A stretch of DNA of 64,000 nucleotides from Hyphomicrobiaceae bacterium (GCA_031367505.1 JANLPY010000421.1:36065-100064), one strand, 5' to 3'; numbered from the stretch's first letter, positions 37,279 to 46,344 are shown. Program-made: numbers and translations. The notes: generated by a model not told the origin, from the letters alone.

Positions 37279-38778
37279 ATGGCAACGGAATTGCATCATT
37301 TTATCGGCGGCAAAAAGGTCAAGGGCACGAGCGGCCGCTTCGCCGACGTATTCTGGCCGATGACCGGCGAAGTTGCAGCCCGCGTGCCGCTCGCTTCCAA
37401 GGCCGAACTTGCCGCCGCCGTGCAGAACGCCAAGGCAGCCCAACCCGCTTGGGCCGCGACCAATCCGCAACGCCGCGCCCGCGTGTTGATGAAGTTCATC
37501 GACCTCGTCGCCAAGCACAATGATGAATTAGCGCTCACACTCGCGCGCGAGCACGGCAAGACGGTCCCAGACGCTAAGGGCGATATTCAGCGCGGCATCG
37601 AAGTCATGGAAGTTTGCCTGGGCGCGGCCCACATGCTGAAAGGCGAATTCACCGATGGCGCCGGTCCTGGCATCGACATTTATTCCATGCGCCAGCCGCT
37701 CGGCGTAGTTGCTGGCATCACGCCGTTCAACTTCCCCGCCATGATCCCGATGTGGAAGTTCGGCCCGGCGCTCGCGTGCGGCAACGCCTTTATCCTCAAG
37801 CCGTCGGAGCGTGATCCGGGTGTGCCGCTGCGTCTCGCCGAGCTGATGATCGAGGCCGGGTTGCCGGCTGGCATCCTCAACGTCGTCAATGGCGACAAGG
37901 AGAGCGTCGACGCCATCCTCGATGATCGCGATGTAATGGCGATCGGCTTTGTCGGTTCGACGCCGATCGCCGAGTACATCTACAGTCGTGGCTGCGCCAA
38001 CGGCAAACGCGTGCAGTGCTTTGGCGGTGCGAAAAACCATATGATCATCATGCCGGACGCCGATCTCGATCAGGCCGTCGATGCGCTGATCGGCGCTGGG
38101 TACGGCGCGGCCGGCGAGCGTTGTATGGCGGTGTCGGTTGCGGTGCCGGTCGGCAAGGCAACCGCCGATCGTTTGATGGACAAGCTGATCCCGCGCGTCG
38201 AGAGTTTGAAGATTGGCCCCTCGACCGACGCCAGTGCCGACTTCGGACCGCTGGTCACCAAGGAAGCCTTGGCGCGCGTGAAAAACTACGTCGAGGTCGG
38301 CATCAAGGAAGGCGCGAAACTCCGCGTCGATGGCCGTGGCTTCAAGATGCAGGGCTACGAGAACGGCTTCTACATGGGCGGCTGTTTGTTCGATGAAGTG
38401 ACGAAGGATATGCGCATCTACAAGGAAGAAATCTTCGGCCCGGTGTTGTCGGTGGTACGCGCCAAGACCTACGAGGAGGGCCTCGCGCTCGCCAACGATC
38501 ACGAATACGGCAACGGCGTTGCGATCTTCACGCGTGACGGCGATGCGGCGCGCGATTTCGCATCCCGCGTGCAGGTCGGTATGGTCGGCATCAACGTGCC
38601 GATCCCGGTGCCGCTGGCCTACTACACGTTCGGCGGCTGGAAGCGCTCCGGCTTCGGCGACCTCAACCAGCACGGCCCGGATGCGTTTCGGTTCTACACA
38701 AAGACGAAGACCGTCACGAGCCGTTGGCCGAGCGGCGTAAAAGACGGCGCCGAGTTTGTGATTCCGACGATGAAGTGA
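37279..38778 (+). CDS. mmsA: CoA-acylating methylmalonate-semialdehyde dehydrogenase
   Basis: Aldehyde dehydrogenase fold with catalytic AAGERCMAVSV and an MmsA-type N-terminus (HFIGGKKV...FADVFWPMTGEV). Confidence 0.9.
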   Translation: MATELHHFIGGKKVKGTSGRFADVFWPMTGEVAARVPLASKAELAAAVQNAKAAQPAWAATNPQRRARVLMKFIDLVAKHNDELALTLAREHGKTVPDAKGDIQRGIEVMEVCLGAAHMLKGEFTDGAGPGIDIYSMRQPLGVVAGITPFNFPAMIPMWKFGPALACGNAFILKPSERDPGVPLRLAELMIEAGLPAGILNVVNGDKESVDAILDDRDVMAIGFVGSTPIAEYIYSRGCANGKRVQCFGGAKNHMIIMPDADLDQAVDALIGAGYGAAGERCMAVSVAVPVGKATADRLMDKLIPRVESLKIGPSTDASADFGPLVTKEALARVKNYVEVGIKEGAKLRVDGRGFKMQGYENGFYMGGCLFDEVTKDMRIYKEEIFGPVLSVVRAKTYEEGLALANDHEYGNGVAIFTRDGDAARDFASRVQVGMVGINVPIPVPLAYYTFGGWKRSGFGDLNQHGPDAFRFYTKTKTVTSRWPSGVKDGAEFVIPTMK

Positions 38779-38787
38779 GTGGGGGGA

Positions 38788-39723
38788 ATGGCAGTTCCAA
38801 AATATGAAGCGATCATGCTGCCGTTGTTAAAGCGAATGGCAGCAATCGATGGCGAGGCCAACGTAGCGGCAGTGCTGCCTGACTTAGCTCGAGAGTTTGG
38901 CCTAACCGACGAGGAAATGCAGGAGCGCCTTCCAAGTGGCGGTCAAACATATTTCGCCAATCGTTGTCATTGGGCTAAATTTTATCTTTCGCGTGCAGGC
39001 CTGCTCGAAGGCGAACGTCGCGGTTACTTCAAAATCACAGACGATGGTCGTCGATTTTTGAAGCGGAACCCGTCATCTCTAGATCGCAAAGCGTTGATGG
39101 AGATCCCGCAATTTGCCGAGTGGTGGAAAAAGACGCCTGAGAATCAGGCGGAATCGAAAGTCGTCGACGCCCATGCTGACCTGGTGGATATCAATGCCGT
39201 AACGCCCGACGAGCAGATCGATAGCGCCTCCAAGCAACTGGATGCGGCGCTCGTGGCCGAATTGTTGTCTCGTGTTCGTGCAGTGCATCCAACCCAATTT
39301 GAGCAGATCGTGGTAGATTTGTTGATCAAAATGGGTTTCGGCGGGGGAGACGATGAAAGGGGCTTCCACAGGGGCCGTAGCAGCGACGGAGGTATTGACG
39401 GTATGATTCAGGAGGACGCTCTCGGACTGGACGCCGTCTACATTCAAGCAAAGCGCTATGCCGACGGTGTTTCGATCGGCAGGCCAACGCTGCAATCATT
39501 CATCGGCAGCCTCGTCGGCGAGCGAGCAACGAAAGGCGTCTTCGTCACGACGTCCTCATTCACGCGCGAAGCGCGCGAATACGTTAAAACCGTGCAACAT
39601 CGTGTGGTTCTGATCGATGGCGAAGAACAGGCAAAATTCCTCGTTAGATACGGTGTTGGCGTGCGTGAGGATCGGCGCATTTTGATCAAGAAGCTCGACG
39701 AAGATTATTTCGCCGACGTATGA
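38788..39723 (+). CDS. Mrr-like type IV restriction endonuclease (Mrr_N winged helix plus Mrr_cat domain)
   Basis: N-terminal MAVPKYEAIMLPLLKRM...YFANRCHWAKFYLSRAGLL. The catalytic part reads DGGIDGMIQEDALGLDAVYIQAKRY...KGVFVTTSSFTREAREY. ATG 38788 is preceded by GGGGGA. Confidence 0.85.
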   Translation: MAVPKYEAIMLPLLKRMAAIDGEANVAAVLPDLAREFGLTDEEMQERLPSGGQTYFANRCHWAKFYLSRAGLLEGERRGYFKITDDGRRFLKRNPSSLDRKALMEIPQFAEWWKKTPENQAESKVVDAHADLVDINAVTPDEQIDSASKQLDAALVAELLSRVRAVHPTQFEQIVVDLLIKMGFGGGDDERGFHRGRSSDGGIDGMIQEDALGLDAVYIQAKRYADGVSIGRPTLQSFIGSLVGERATKGVFVTTSSFTREAREYVKTVQHRVVLIDGEEQAKFLVRYGVGVREDRRILIKKLDEDYFADV

Positions 39724-39741
39724 ACTCCCAAATCTCCACCA

Positions 39742-39884
39742 CTGTCATCCTCGGGCTTGTCCCGAGGACCGAGGGAGCGGCACGTTCGATGCTCCAAGTT
39801 GGCGTAGTCTGTGCCAGCGACAACCACTCTAACCACTTGAGTTCGCGGATCGGTGGGTCCTGGGCACGAGGCCCAGGATGACAG
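39742..39884. repeat. inverted pair of REP-like elements (CTGTCATCC-hairpin-GGACC family) giving a ~143-bp MITE-like unit
   Basis: 39742-39770 reads CTGTCATCCTCGGGCTTGTCCCGAGGACC. 39852-39884 reads GGTGGGTCCTGGGCACGAGGCCCAGGATGACAG, which is the reverse orientation of the same family. Confidence 0.65.
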
Positions 39885-39935
39885 ACTTCGGGTTGAGCCT
39901 TTTGCTTCCTTCCCCGTCCATGCTAATCTTCTAAG

Positions 39936-40226
39936 ATGACCCGCACCGAAATCATCTCAGCCGTTGATGCACTGAAGCCGGAACTCGCCGCCTTCAATGT
40001 CGCGTCATTGCGTCTGTTCGGATCGCACGCGCGGGATGCTGCGAACGACAAGAGTGATGTCGATCTGGTTGTTGCGTTCCGTGGCTCGGCGACCTTTGAT
40101 AATTACATGGGATTGAAGCTATTCCTAGAAGATCGCCTAGGATGCGATATCGATCTCGTGACCGAGAGTGCCATTCGGCCAGAACTGCGGCAGACGATCG
40201 AGCGGGACGCAATTCGTGTCGCGTGA
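39936..40226 (+). CDS. minimal nucleotidyltransferase (MNT/MntA-like, DNA polymerase beta superfamily)
   Basis: It carries the motif LRLFGSHARDAANDKSDVDLVV. At 96 aa it is the usual size of the MNT partner of HEPN toxins. No HEPN gene follows. Confidence 0.8.
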   Translation: MTRTEIISAVDALKPELAAFNVASLRLFGSHARDAANDKSDVDLVVAFRGSATFDNYMGLKLFLEDRLGCDIDLVTESAIRPELRQTIERDAIRVA

Positions 40227-40326
40227 TTGCCACCTACGATTGTCATAGATTTCGCCGGCTGTAGTGTGGGTCTATAGTTCAGATATCGGCGAATGGCCGC
40301 TGTCCCAACCCACATCCACCCACCCC

Positions 40327-40433
40327 ATGAACGAAGATGACAGCGAGCAGCGCGGACTTTGGGAAGCACCGGCGGTGATATCGCCGCATAGCGGTCATCG
40401 CGAGCGTTTGCGTGATCGCTTCACGGGTGGCGG
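40327..40433 (+). pseudogene. duplicated 5' fragment of radC (about the first 35 codons)
   Basis: [32 protein letters not shown] compares with [32 protein letters not shown] of the intact radC at 41382. Upstream DNA is also duplicated. Confidence 0.6.
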
Positions 40434-40596
40434 CCAATATTATCAGCCGCACCAACAAGGTCGAAGCACCGATGCGAGATCCGTGAGTGAACACCCGCAC
40501 TGCCGCTGCTCATTAGCCGCAGGACATCGTGAAGCATGGAAAAAAGTGGTGAGGTCCGCGAAAGAACTGGCATGTGTTCAGTTGAGTGAGACTACA

Positions 40597-41211
40597 ATGT
40601 ATCGAACAGTAAATGCGATAGCAGCGATGTGCGCGTTTGTGGCCGGATCGTCGGCGGCGCTGGCGCTTGAGTGCGGTGGGCCGGAAGATATTCTGCGCTA
40701 CATCCCGCAGGAGGATCGTGCCGTCTCGCGAATGGTTGCAGCGAACGTGCTCGCGCGCTCCGATCTCGCGTTCGAGGGCCGGCTGGTCAAAGAAACGCGA
40801 ACGCCGCCCGTGTCTACCGGTGCATCGGGTCCGGGTTTTGGCAGCACCCTCTATGAGTTCCGCGATGTCCGGTGGCTCAAGGGTCCGAAGCTAGGTCAGA
40901 ACGCGGACAAACTTAGTTTCTTCAAAATTTGGTGGTGCACCGATTGCGAAGCCAAGCGCCTGGTGACGGTGCACGACAAAAACCCGTTGCCGGACCGGGT
41001 TTGGCTCGGAGATTGGCCGCGCGCCTACGACCGGGCCAAGGCAAAAACCGAGTATCAGATCGAGCCGGATGTCGCCGCGGGCTTCTGCGATACCGGATGG
41101 GCACAGTCCGACGATAAGGATGTGCAAAGCGAGCTTGATCTGGCGATCGAACGAATGCGCGCGGCCGCCGCCCAAGAAGCTCAAGATATCGCGGCACTAG
41201 CGAAGAAGTGA
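40597..41211 (+). CDS. hypothetical secreted protein (204 aa)
   Basis: ATG 40597 is preceded by GAGTGAG. The signal peptide MYRTVNAIAAMCAFVAGSSAALA is followed by several Cys residues. I treat the upstream part of ORF 40264-41211 as the radC remnant. Confidence 0.5.
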   Translation: MYRTVNAIAAMCAFVAGSSAALALECGGPEDILRYIPQEDRAVSRMVAANVLARSDLAFEGRLVKETRTPPVSTGASGPGFGSTLYEFRDVRWLKGPKLGQNADKLSFFKIWWCTDCEAKRLVTVHDKNPLPDRVWLGDWPRAYDRAKAKTEYQIEPDVAAGFCDTGWAQSDDKDVQSELDLAIERMRAAAAQEAQDIAALAKK

Positions 41212-41381
41212 TGGGTAACTTGAGGCGCGATATATCCGACCCCCAATTGAGTGGTTATTGCGCCGCCGGTGTTAGCGACTGCGTGTGCCACCAGCGCTTG
41301 TCATCGATGGCGCTGCCTGTAGTGTGAGTACTCAATGCGCATCGGCGATACGCTGCCGCCTCAACTTCGACCGCCCACCTC

Positions 41382-42104
41382 ATGAACAAAAACGACAGCG
41401 AACAGGGCGGACTTTGGGAAGCACCGGTGGTGATATCGGCGCACACGGGGCATCGCGAACGCTTGCGTGATCGGTTCATGCTTGGTGGCGACAAGGCACT
41501 GCCCGATTACGAAATGCTCGAACTCGTGCTGTTCAACGCGATCCCGCGCCGCGATACCAAGCCACTCGCCAAGGAGCTGATCGCGCGGTTCGGCACATTT
41601 TCCGAAGTCGTCTCAGCGCCGGAGACGCGACTGCGCGAGATCAAGGGCGTAAGCGACCGGGTGGTGACCGAACTAAAACTGGTACGAGCCGCCGCGCTGC
41701 GCCTGATGCAAGGCCAAATCATGGAGCGCAAGGTGCTGTCGTCGTGGGATCAGGTGGTCGCCTACTGTCGCGCGGCGATGGCCTATGAAGCCCGCGAGCA
41801 GTTCCGCATCCTGTTCCTCGATAAGAAAAACAATCTGATCGCCGACGAAATGCAGCAACAAGGCACGGTCGATCACACGCCGGTTTATGTGCGCGAGGTC
41901 GTCAAACGCGCGTTGGAGTTGTCGGCGACCGCGATCATCCTGGTCCACAATCACCCGTCAGGCGATCCGACACCGTCGCGTGCCGACATCGACATGACCA
42001 AGATTATCGTAGAAGCCGCAAAGCCGTTGGGTGTGCTGGTGCACGACCACATCATCGTCGGCCGCGACCGAGTGGTAAGCTTCAAGGGACTGCGGTTGAT
42101 GTGA
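41382..42104 (+). CDS. radC: RadC-family JAB-domain protein
   Basis: N-terminal HhH-like region ([12 protein letters not shown]) and a JAMM motif ([18 protein letters not shown]). Confidence 0.9.
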   Translation: MNKNDSEQGGLWEAPVVISAHTGHRERLRDRFMLGGDKALPDYEMLELVLFNAIPRRDTKPLAKELIARFGTFSEVVSAPETRLREIKGVSDRVVTELKLVRAAALRLMQGQIMERKVLSSWDQVVAYCRAAMAYEAREQFRILFLDKKNNLIADEMQQQGTVDHTPVYVREVVKRALELSATAIILVHNHPSGDPTPSRADIDMTKIIVEAAKPLGVLVHDHIIVGRDRVVSFKGLRLM

Positions 42105-42440
42105 GCTTTTTGTTGGCGACATCCGACTCTGCTTCCACCGAGCCGGCCGGAAGTCGCGGCTCAGACGGCAATATCCGCCCGGCACTCATGGTGAGCGTCC
42201 GATCCGCGAACCGTTCGGCCCAATGCAACCGCTGCGAGCGCCAACAGTCTGAACATAGTTACTTAACTCCATCGAGCTGCGGATGCTCAGACGTCATAGC
42301 GGTCAATTCGGTCACGCGTTATGACAACTGCTTGATTGGGCTCGTCCACACGTCTGTTCGGGCGGCACTTGCTGCCACACGAAAAACCTTCCATATGCAC
42401 GGGCTGCATAGCTCATCCAACCTGCCCGGAGCCGCCGATC

Positions 42441-43418
42441 ATGGCCACCTCACTCCCAGTCGCCAAGCACGCGCACGTCATTATCCTAGGCTCCGGACCT
42501 GCCGGCTACACCGCTGCGATTTATGCGGCGCGCGCTATGCTCAAGCCGTTGCTGATCCAGGGCATCCAGCCCGGCGGGCAACTGACCATCACCACCGACG
42601 TCGAAAACTATCCCGGTTTCGCCAAGGCGATCCAGGGGCCTTGGCTCATGGAGGAGATGAAGGCGCAGGCGGAACATGTCGGCACCGAAACCGTGATGGA
42701 TCACATTACGTCGGTCGATCTGGAAAACCGGCCCTTCCGCCTCGAAGGTGACAGCGGCGACGCCTACACGTGCGATGCACTGATCATTTGTACCGGTGCC
42801 CAGGCCCGCTGGCTCGGCATCCCGAGTGAAGACGACTTCAAGGGCTACGGCGTTTCGGCTTGCGCGACCTGCGATGGGTTTTTCTACAAGGGTAAGGATG
42901 TCGTGGTTGTTGGCGGTGGCAATACGGCCGTCGAGGAGGCGATTTTTCTCACCAACTTCGCCCGCAAGGTCACCGTGGTGCACCGGCGTGACAGTTTTCG
43001 CGCCGAGAAAATTCTGCAAGAGCGGTTGTTCAAGAACCCCAAGATTTCGGTGGTATGGGATACCGCGGTCCATGAAATCGTCGGATCGAATGATCCAAGA
43101 AATGTTCGGGGAATCCGGCTCGAAAACGTCAAGACGGGCGTCGTAACCGAGCGCACTGTCGACGGGGTGTTCATAGCCATTGGTCATGCGCCGGCAACTG
43201 AGCTGTTCAAGGGCAAGCTTGAAATGACGAAGTCCGGTTATCTGATCACCAAGCCGGACTCGACCGCGACGACTATTCCAGGCGTCTATGCAGCAGGCGA
43301 CGTGAAAGACGAGGTGTATCGCCAAGCTGTGACTGCCGCCGGTATGGGTTGCATGGCCGCTCTTGAAGCCGAAAAGTGGCTCGCCAGCCTAGGCGCCAGT
43401 CCTGAGGCAACGTATTGA
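42441..43418 (+). CDS. trxB: thioredoxin-disulfide reductase
   Basis: FAD fold ILGSGPAGYTAA, redox-active SACATCDG, NADPH fold VVGGGNTAVEEA. Confidence 0.95.
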   Translation: MATSLPVAKHAHVIILGSGPAGYTAAIYAARAMLKPLLIQGIQPGGQLTITTDVENYPGFAKAIQGPWLMEEMKAQAEHVGTETVMDHITSVDLENRPFRLEGDSGDAYTCDALIICTGAQARWLGIPSEDDFKGYGVSACATCDGFFYKGKDVVVVGGGNTAVEEAIFLTNFARKVTVVHRRDSFRAEKILQERLFKNPKISVVWDTAVHEIVGSNDPRNVRGIRLENVKTGVVTERTVDGVFIAIGHAPATELFKGKLEMTKSGYLITKPDSTATTIPGVYAAGDVKDEVYRQAVTAAGMGCMAALEAEKWLASLGASPEATY

Positions 43419-43631
43419 ATACCCCAAACTGCCAAAGCCCTTGTTTTTTGAAATAGGGCTCGTAACCTGCGACCCAACGAAAAGAAAAGCCAAAAAACGA
43501 CAAGAAACGCCGTGAACCTGCAATTTCCGTCTTGAAAAACTAGTCATAAATGCACGCGTTTGCGTCTCCAGCGCTAGCCAGGAGGCGCGGCGTCTAGCGC
43601 TGTTTTGCGCACTCCCGAAGGACCTCCGCCT

Positions 43632-44525
43632 ATGGATTGGGACAAGCTGCGAATTTTTCATGCCGCCGCCGAGGCTGGCAGCTTTACCCATGCGGGTGAG
43701 GCGCTGCGTATGAGCCAGTCGGCGGTCAGCCGGCAGGTCTCCTCGCTCGAAAAAGACCTCGGCATAGCGCTCTTTCACCGGCATGCACGCGGCCTAGTCC
43801 TCACCGAGCAAGGCGACATGCTCTATCGCACCGCCAGCGATGTCATGAACAAGCTGCAGACGGCGGAAACGCTTCTTGCCGATACGACCACGAAACCAAC
43901 AGGCGAGCTTCGCATTACCTGTCCGATCGGTTTGGGTACGGTGTGGGTGACACAGCGCTTGCGCGATTTCATCGAGCTCTACCCCGATATCCGCGTGGAT
44001 TTGATCTTGAACGACGATCAGATCGATATTTCCATGCGCGAAGCTGACGTCGCCATCTGGACGCGCGAGCCGGAGCAGGCGGATTTGATCCGGCGGGCGC
44101 TATTTACGATGAAGGTTCGTGCGTTCGCATCGACCGGATACGTCCGCAAGTTCGGCACGCCGCAATCGCTCGAAGACTTGGAGAAGCACCGCTTCGTATC
44201 ATACGGCGGGACGCCAGCGCAGCATTTGTCGGTCATTCGCTGGTTGGAAACCGCAGGGCGTGACGGCAAGGATCCACGCGTGCCGGTCTTTCGCGCTAAC
44301 AGTGTCGTGGCACTCAAGTATGCTGTGCGGGCCGGCATCGGCGTCGGCTTGATTCCGGATTATCTGACCGGTGAGGAAACCGATTTGGTGCCAGTGTTGA
44401 CGGAAGTTCAACTTCCGACCATTCCGATCATCTTCGTGTATCCGGAAGAACTGCGCACGTCGAAGAAGGTGCAAGTACTGCGTGATTTTCTTGTGTCAAA
44501 CGCTCGCAATTGGAAGAATGCCTGA
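43632..44525 (+). CDS. LysR-family transcriptional regulator, LsrB/VtlR-like (adjacent to trxB)
   Basis: N-terminal HTH MDWDKLRIFHAAAEAGSFTHAGEAL.MSQSAVSRQV. Its position directly downstream of trxB matches the lsrB/vtlR synteny I recall in Rhizobiales. Confidence 0.8.
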   Translation: MDWDKLRIFHAAAEAGSFTHAGEALRMSQSAVSRQVSSLEKDLGIALFHRHARGLVLTEQGDMLYRTASDVMNKLQTAETLLADTTTKPTGELRITCPIGLGTVWVTQRLRDFIELYPDIRVDLILNDDQIDISMREADVAIWTREPEQADLIRRALFTMKVRAFASTGYVRKFGTPQSLEDLEKHRFVSYGGTPAQHLSVIRWLETAGRDGKDPRVPVFRANSVVALKYAVRAGIGVGLIPDYLTGEETDLVPVLTEVQLPTIPIIFVYPEELRTSKKVQVLRDFLVSNARNWKNA

Positions 44526-44644
44526 CCACCCACACCTAGTTTTCGTTTCCACGCGCATGTCATTTTCATGGCATGCGGGCATCGCATATCCGACATGTGA
44601 CGTTCTCGATTGCCGCGCACGCAAGCGAGGCGTCTACTCTATGC

Positions 44645-44762
44645 AGCTGTGACGGAACAGCTAATGAAGGCAGTACCCTCCCTTTGATGCCTTCACCCGC
44701 CCATGATCGGCGGGATGACCTCAAAACCGGGCCTGGAGCAATCTGGTTGCCCGGCTTTTTTT
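44645..44762 (+). ncRNA. candidate trans-acting sRNA (AbcR/alpha-r15-like)
   Basis: An 8-bp stem TGAAGGCA/TGCCTTCA (44665-44695) exposes the loop GUACCCUCCCUUUGA. A second hairpin lies at 44696-44714. A terminator hairpin CCGGGC/GCCCGG is followed by T7 (44727-44762). A possible TTGCCG-N18-TACTCT promoter lies at 44611-44640. Confidence 0.35.
44727..44762 (+). terminator. intrinsic terminator-like hairpin with U-tract upstream of leuC
   Basis: CCGGGC-16 nt-GCCCGG followed by CTTTTTTT. The stem is short and the loop long, so this is a moderate call. Confidence 0.5.
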
Positions 44763-44864
44763 GCGTTTGCAGGCCTTCTCTTATCGATCTGTTTGCAACA
44801 GCGCGGTATCGCGCTATCAGTTGCTTAGATATTCCCATGAGCCGGTGCCCAGGACCTCAAAACG

Positions 44865-46265
44865 ATGCCACAAACGCTGTACGATAAAATCTTCGCTGAC
44901 CACATCGTTGCTCGCGAACCGGATGGCACGTGCGTGCTGTATGTCGACCGCCATCTCGTGCATGAGGTGACCAGTCCGCAGGCATTTGAGGGTCTGCGTA
45001 TGAGCAACCGGAAAGTTCGCGCGCCTGGCAAGACGTTAGCGGTCGTCGATCACAACGTCCCGACATCCGACCGCAAAAACGGCATCGCCGACGAGGAAGC
45101 GCGCATCCAGGTCGAGGCCCTGGCCAAGAACGCCAAGGACTTCGGCGTCGAGTATTTCAATGAACTCGATCGGCGCCAGGGTATCGTTCACGTGATCGGA
45201 CCCGAGCAAGGCTTTACGTTGCCCGGCACGACGATCGTTTGCGGTGACAGCCACACCTCGACGCACGGCGCTTTTGGTGCGCTGGCCCACGGTATCGGCA
45301 CCTCGGAAGTCGAGCATGTGCTGGCGACGCAAACGCTGATCCAGAACAAGGCAAAGAACATGCGCGTCACGGTCGACGGCGTTCTGCCGGACCACGTGAC
45401 GGCGAAGGACATCGTGCTCGCGATCATCGGCGAGATCGGTACTGCAGGCGGCACCGGTCACGTCATCGAATATGATGGCGAAGCGATACGCGCGCTATCG
45501 ATGGAGGGCCGCATGACGGTCTGCAACATGTCGATCGAAGCGGGCGCACGTGCGGGCATGATCGCGCCCGATGCCAAGACGTTCGAATATCTCAAGGGCC
45601 GTCCGATGTCGCCGAAAGGCGCCGCCTGGGACCTCGCTATGAAATACTGGGAGACCTTGAAGTCCGATGAGGGCGCGCACTTCGACAAAGTCGTGAAGCT
45701 CGATGCCGCGAAGCTGCCGCCAACGTTGACCTGGGGCAACAGTCCGGAAGATGTCGTGGCGATCACCGGCGTCGTTCCCGATCCGGCGAAGGTTGACGAT
45801 GACGGCCGTCGTGCATCGATGGAATTGGCGCTCGACTATATGGGCCTGACGCCCGGCACCAAGATGACCGACATCAAGATCGACCGCGTATTTATCGGCT
45901 CCTGCACGAATGGCCGCATCGAGGATTTGCGCGCCGCCGCCTCGGTAATCCAAGGCAAGAAGGTCGCCAGCACGGTCAGTGCGATGATCGTGCCCGGCTC
46001 CGGTCTGGTGAAGGAGCAGGCCGAAGCCGAGGGTCTCGACGTGATCTTCAAGGCGGCTGGTTTCGACTGGCGCGAGCCGGGTTGTTCGATGTGCCTGGGC
46101 ATGAATCCTGACCAGCTAAAGCCGCGCGAGCGTTGCGCATCGACCTCGAACCGCAACTTCCAGGGCCGTCAGGGCCGCCTGGGACGCACCCATCTCGTGT
46201 CACCGCAGATGGCCGCCGCCGCCGCAATCGCCGGGCACTTTGTCGACGTGCGCACGTGGGAGTGA
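44865..46265 (+). CDS. leuC: 3-isopropylmalate dehydratase large subunit
   Basis: Aconitase-family motifs [16 protein letters not shown] and NRNFQGRQG, with the typical MPQTLYDKI start. Confidence 0.95.
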   Translation: MPQTLYDKIFADHIVAREPDGTCVLYVDRHLVHEVTSPQAFEGLRMSNRKVRAPGKTLAVVDHNVPTSDRKNGIADEEARIQVEALAKNAKDFGVEYFNELDRRQGIVHVIGPEQGFTLPGTTIVCGDSHTSTHGAFGALAHGIGTSEVEHVLATQTLIQNKAKNMRVTVDGVLPDHVTAKDIVLAIIGEIGTAGGTGHVIEYDGEAIRALSMEGRMTVCNMSIEAGARAGMIAPDAKTFEYLKGRPMSPKGAAWDLAMKYWETLKSDEGAHFDKVVKLDAAKLPPTLTWGNSPEDVVAITGVVPDPAKVDDDGRRASMELALDYMGLTPGTKMTDIKIDRVFIGSCTNGRIEDLRAAASVIQGKKVASTVSAMIVPGSGLVKEQAEAEGLDVIFKAAGFDWREPGCSMCLGMNPDQLKPRERCASTSNRNFQGRQGRLGRTHLVSPQMAAAAAIAGHFVDVRTWE

Positions 46266-46344
46266 GGGTCGCTGAACTTGCACACCTCAATACCATGCTG
46301 ACCCGTGGCGCATTCGAAGCGTCCAATCGCAGGAACCCTCTCCC

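Noticed and set aside
37528-38673. A 381-aa ORF on the minus strand, antisense to mmsA. Similar long antisense ORFs occur at 30029-31000, 11429-12112, 28305-28943, 23808-24488, 56260-56955 and 50288-50887.
   Set aside because: These are typical high-GC shadow ORFs. They are Arg/Ala/Gly/His-rich low-complexity translations with no recognisable motifs. Each lies fully inside a gene on the other strand that carries clear family signatures.
40216-40248. A tiny ORF (VSRDCHLRLS*) overlapping the MNT stop. It looked like the N-terminus of a DUF86/HEPN toxin remnant.
   Set aside because: The same DNA block recurs upstream of the intact radC (from about 41276) in a different frame. It is therefore radC upstream sequence, not a HEPN relic.
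40264-41211. A 315-aa ORF taken as one gene.
   Set aside because: Codons ~22-57 are a diverged copy of the radC N-terminus. The linker that follows is low-complexity. A good ribosome-binding site, ATG and signal peptide occur at 40597. The ORF is better explained as a radC 5' remnant plus a separate secreted-protein gene.
42162-42256. A 31-codon minus-strand ORF (MFRLLALAAVALGRT...) with a GGAG upstream, in the radC-trxB spacer.
   Set aside because: It is too short to support without conservation or expression data. I mention it only because VtlR-type regulators are reported to control small proteins.
44526-44864. A leucine-codon-rich leader peptide or classical attenuator upstream of leuC.
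   Set aside because: I found no short ORF with consecutive Leu codons in any frame. The only long ORF (44573-44887) is not Leu-rich and runs through the terminator hairpin.
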